Notes under the pieces: generated by a model
The model's database searches: none
Seen by the model: the letters and a program-made list of their open reading frames with translations, nothing else
What the model was told of the DNA's origin: nothing
Program-made: the position numbers and the translations under genes
Shown here: positions 61,296 through 64,000 of the stretch, piece after piece
How the letters are laid out: each line of letters begins with the position of its first letter
Position numbering within the stretch: the stretch's first letter is position 1
Assembly (NCBI GenBank): GCA_965116925.1
Contig: OZ220744.1
Location: forward strand, 5,824,001-5,888,000
DNA from: Candidatus Poribacteria bacterium
GTDB lineage: Bacteria; Poribacteria; WGA-4E; PCPOR2b
Direction of reading: 5' to 3'
Length of the DNA: 64,000 nucleotides

Positions 61296-63299
61296 CTACG
61301 ACACAATTTCGATTGCTTCAAATAAGCTCAGTTCAGGGATCTGAATCGTCAGCAGACCATCTGACCGGCTATATGCACATGTTTCCCCTGAAACGAGGCT
61401 TCGCACGGATCTCGGCTGCTTCGCTGATGGCAACTCAATTTCCAAGTCTACCATTTTGACCGGCGGGTAAAAACTCACCCCGAAATGCCCCGAACCGTTC
61501 ACTAGATGCAATAGTTGTGAGCTGCCGTCCACCTTTTCAAACCACGTGACCTCGACCATCGGAGACAGGTTGCCCCCGATTGGCGTCAGCCCGGCAACTC
61601 CTCGCAGTAGGTCAGTGACAAAATCGGAGGTATTGGGATAGCCCTGCCGGTGGAACAGCTGCCCCGGCTCCCACGGGATATAGATCGCCTTTCCATCTCC
61701 GAAGGGACGCACCGTGAACGCTGGATGCTCGGTAACTTGCGTGTAGTAGCACCGCTCAGGAGGACCGAAGTTGTGTGGTGGAATCAGTTTGAATCGTTGT
61801 TGGACATCCGATGCATACGCCGCATAGACATACGTCCCGTCCATATAGATAAGCTCAGTATCGGAGAATCGTTCAAACCCCTGCTTATTGTCCAACTTGA
61901 AATACGACCCGCGCATATCCGTCCGTATTCGTTGGACCTGTGTAATACCCAGACTTTTTAGTGCCGGCGTTGGTCTAGGTTCATCGTCCGCATCTCGGAA
62001 TCCGCTCTGGGAAGCGGCGATCACCGTTCCACCTTCCTCGACAAACCGATCTATCTTCTCTGCCAGCTCATCGCTCATCGATCGAACGTCGGGCAACACA
62101 ATCGCTTGATACCTGTCCCACGCCAAATCGAGTGCTGCATCCGCTGTCAGTGTATCGAAAAGGAAGTGGTTCTCTACCAAGAAACGGAACCACCCCTTGA
62201 ATGCCTCCGCGCTGACTCGGTCAGATTTCAGCAGCGCAATGTTTGCCTTCGATCGGTTGTCGGTGTATGCTGTCTCATTGGCTGCGTGATAGTGGTAGAT
62301 CGCCTTGATAGGCTCAAACCCGGATCTATCCTCATGATTGTCCAACCGTCCGATGAGGTAATAATCTAGTGCTCCACCGTTGGCTAAGTTCTGCGCCAAA
62401 CGTAACGCCTGCTGATGGGGCGACACCGCGACGTGCCGGTAGGGGAAGTCGATAAAGTCAACGGTCGTACCGCTGGAGGTCATCTCTGGATAACTGCTCA
62501 CCGCCCATTTCGTATTGTCGGACGCGCTGTACTGCCAGTGTGGCAGGGGGCGGTCTAACGCAGTGTTTGCCTCCATCCGGTTGAACCCTCGACGCATTTC
62601 CCGATGGTTGGCGATACAAATATCGGGCTTCAGCTTGTGAATAAAATCGTAGACCTTCTTGTGGTGTGCCTGTAATGTCCGTCCCTTGAAGAGGTTATAT
62701 TTCCGAAACGTCGGGTCGGCGTGATTCTCTTCGGTTGGCAGAGACAATCCAAACATCTCTGAAAAAAGTCGTTCGCAGTTGGCACAATGGCAGATGCCGT
62801 GATAGTTGCCGCTATAATCCCTCGTCTGGTAGCCGCCCATGTTAAAGAAGATTCCATCGAAATCGTGCGTTGTGAGCAGTTCCTCAATAATTCGCAAGGC
62901 GTACTCCTGCTGATAGCCTCCGTTCAGGCAGACCTGCACATCTCCGTTGTATTCGATAATCTCGCCGGCAGTGGTAAGGGACGCCCATTCCGGATGGGCT
63001 TCATAAATTGGGAAACGCACCTTAGAGAAATCGGTGCGTGCCATCACGCGGATATCGGCACGGTGACATGCAGCAATGATTGTTTGGAGGCTATCGCCCT
63101 TCAGAAACGGACTCTGAAAATGGTACGGCAGCTTCGTAGGATAGCTAGCGATAATCCCCGCTGCATTAATCATCAGCACATTTGCTTTGAACGCCTGCAT
63201 ATCGGCAACTACGCGCTCGGCATCAATGTCGAGCATGTCAATCTCTCGTAGGTTCGTTTGGATGAACCGCCATGTTTTGCTGTGCCACCAATCCGCCAT
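61296..63299 (-). CDS. Putative glycoside hydrolase (GHL6-like TIM barrel plus beta-galactosidase trimerisation-like domain)
   Basis: WRFIQTNLRE, FDGIFFNM, CHCANC, AIVLPD..FVEEGG. Confidence 0.7.
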   Translation of the reverse strand: MADWWHSKTWRFIQTNLREIDMLDIDAERVVADMQAFKANVLMINAAGIIASYPTKLPYHFQSPFLKGDSLQTIIAACHRADIRVMARTDFSKVRFPIYEAHPEWASLTTAGEIIEYNGDVQVCLNGGYQQEYALRIIEELLTTHDFDGIFFNMGGYQTRDYSGNYHGICHCANCERLFSEMFGLSLPTEENHADPTFRKYNLFKGRTLQAHHKKVYDFIHKLKPDICIANHREMRRGFNRMEANTALDRPLPHWQYSASDNTKWAVSSYPEMTSSGTTVDFIDFPYRHVAVSPHQQALRLAQNLANGGALDYYLIGRLDNHEDRSGFEPIKAIYHYHAANETAYTDNRSKANIALLKSDRVSAEAFKGWFRFLVENHFLFDTLTADAALDLAWDRYQAIVLPDVRSMSDELAEKIDRFVEEGGTVIAASQSGFRDADDEPRPTPALKSLGITQVQRIRTDMRGSYFKLDNKQGFERFSDTELIYMDGTYVYAAYASDVQQRFKLIPPHNFGPPERCYYTQVTEHPAFTVRPFGDGKAIYIPWEPGQLFHRQGYPNTSDFVTDLLRGVAGLTPIGGNLSPMVEVTWFEKVDGSSQLLHLVNGSGHFGVSFYPPVKMVDLEIELPSAKQPRSVRSLVSGETCAYSRSDGLLTIQIPELSLFEAIEIVS

Positions 63300-63328
63300 G
63301 GAATAACCTCCTAATCTAGAGTTATTTA

Positions 63329-63432
63329 TAGTGAATTCAAAAAATAAATAGACACTTTCGCCCCCCATGTTTGGTAGGCGCTGTTTCCAACTGCGCCGAT
63401 TGGGAGTGTTTCGTTAATTCTAAAATCTACTA
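63329..63432 (+). mobile_element. 104-bp IS630-derived MITE
   Basis: TA-flanked; right end tgtttcgttaattctaaaatctacta vs IS630 tgtttcgttaattgttaaatctacta. Confidence 0.8.
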
Positions 63433-63446
63433 TAGTTTTCTGTTTT

Positions 63447-63938
63447 GGCTCATGCTGCGCTGTTCGTAGCAGCGCGTTCTATCTCTACCCGGTAGGCACT
63501 TGCATCCCGCCTGTCCCCCTAGTCCCGATTTATTGGACGATTCATCAGAGATCTATCGGGGCAATAATATGGGAGAATTATAGTGAATTAGAAAAACAAG
63601 TAGACATTTACCAATAACTCCAACCTTTGTGCAGTTTCAAAAGTCCCCCTGACAAGAGTTTCCCCCTGATAAGGGGGACTAAGGGGGTTAGGGGATTGGC
63701 TCATATAAAAAAAAGGTGCAAAACGCGAAGCGAAATCGTAGGGGCGGGGTCTCCCCGCCCGTGTCACATCCCGCCTGCCTGCTCTCGGCTTGTCGGAGTC
63801 CCCCTGGTCTCGATTCATCGGGGATTTATCGGGGCAGTAAGGGTTGGGGGACCCAACCCCTACAAACATTCGGTTCCTTTGCACTAAATCTTGCATGAGC
63901 GAAATCGGTTTCTGTTGCACGATTTCCCAGCATGAATC
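63447..63938. mobile_element. Nested MITE cluster: outer GGCTCATGCTG..CAGCATGAATC, IS630-type left end at 63581, inner GGCTCAT MITE 63698-63900
   Basis: Ends recognisable from other copies; inner element shares REP cargo with 5639-5770. Confidence 0.65.
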
Positions 63939-64000
63939 AAAGTTGGAAGGTGCTAAAGTTATCCATGCTTCCCAACATTAGTCCGCCTTATTTATCTTTT

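Noticed and set aside
63588..63920. ORFs within MITE clusters (also 5529-5777, 21904-22149, 51599-51781, 60863-61057)
   Set aside because: Translations of palindromic repeat DNA.

Overview
Bacterial chromosomal window. It is probably from a Candidatus Poribacteria-like organism, an inference from multiple PhyH dioxygenases, glycan-processing genes and TolB-like propellers with a shared C-terminal V-x4-K-x4-WG-x2-K tail. Layout: (i) 1-8.8 kb metabolic genes separated by palindrome/MITE-rich spacers; (ii) 8.9-18 kb putative defence island with a UvrD/HelD-type helicase carrying an inserted PD-(D/E)xK nuclease, a DNA MTase-HNH fusion, a structured ncRNA-like region split by an IS4/IS701-like element, an AbiJ/HEPN-like gene split by IS630 and a DUF2971-like gene, ending at a tRNA-Glu remnant; (iii) 18-23 kb GH32-like, PhyH and MoxR genes; (iv) 23.4-42.4 kb continuous str-S10-spc-alpha ribosomal superoperon lacking rpmD, adk, map and infA at their usual places; (v) 42.5-51.6 kb OM barrel plus lipoprotein, a creatininase-PhyH-sarcosine oxidase-like operon, AKR, a NAGPA-like gene and anSME; (vi) 51.7-60.1 kb array of seven secreted TolB-like propellers, including a 3.3 kb tandem duplication; (vii) a GHL6-like hydrolase and nested MITEs. 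At least three MITE end-families carrying GTAG-REP-like cargo recur across the window. Product calls come from motif recognition only; no searches were run.
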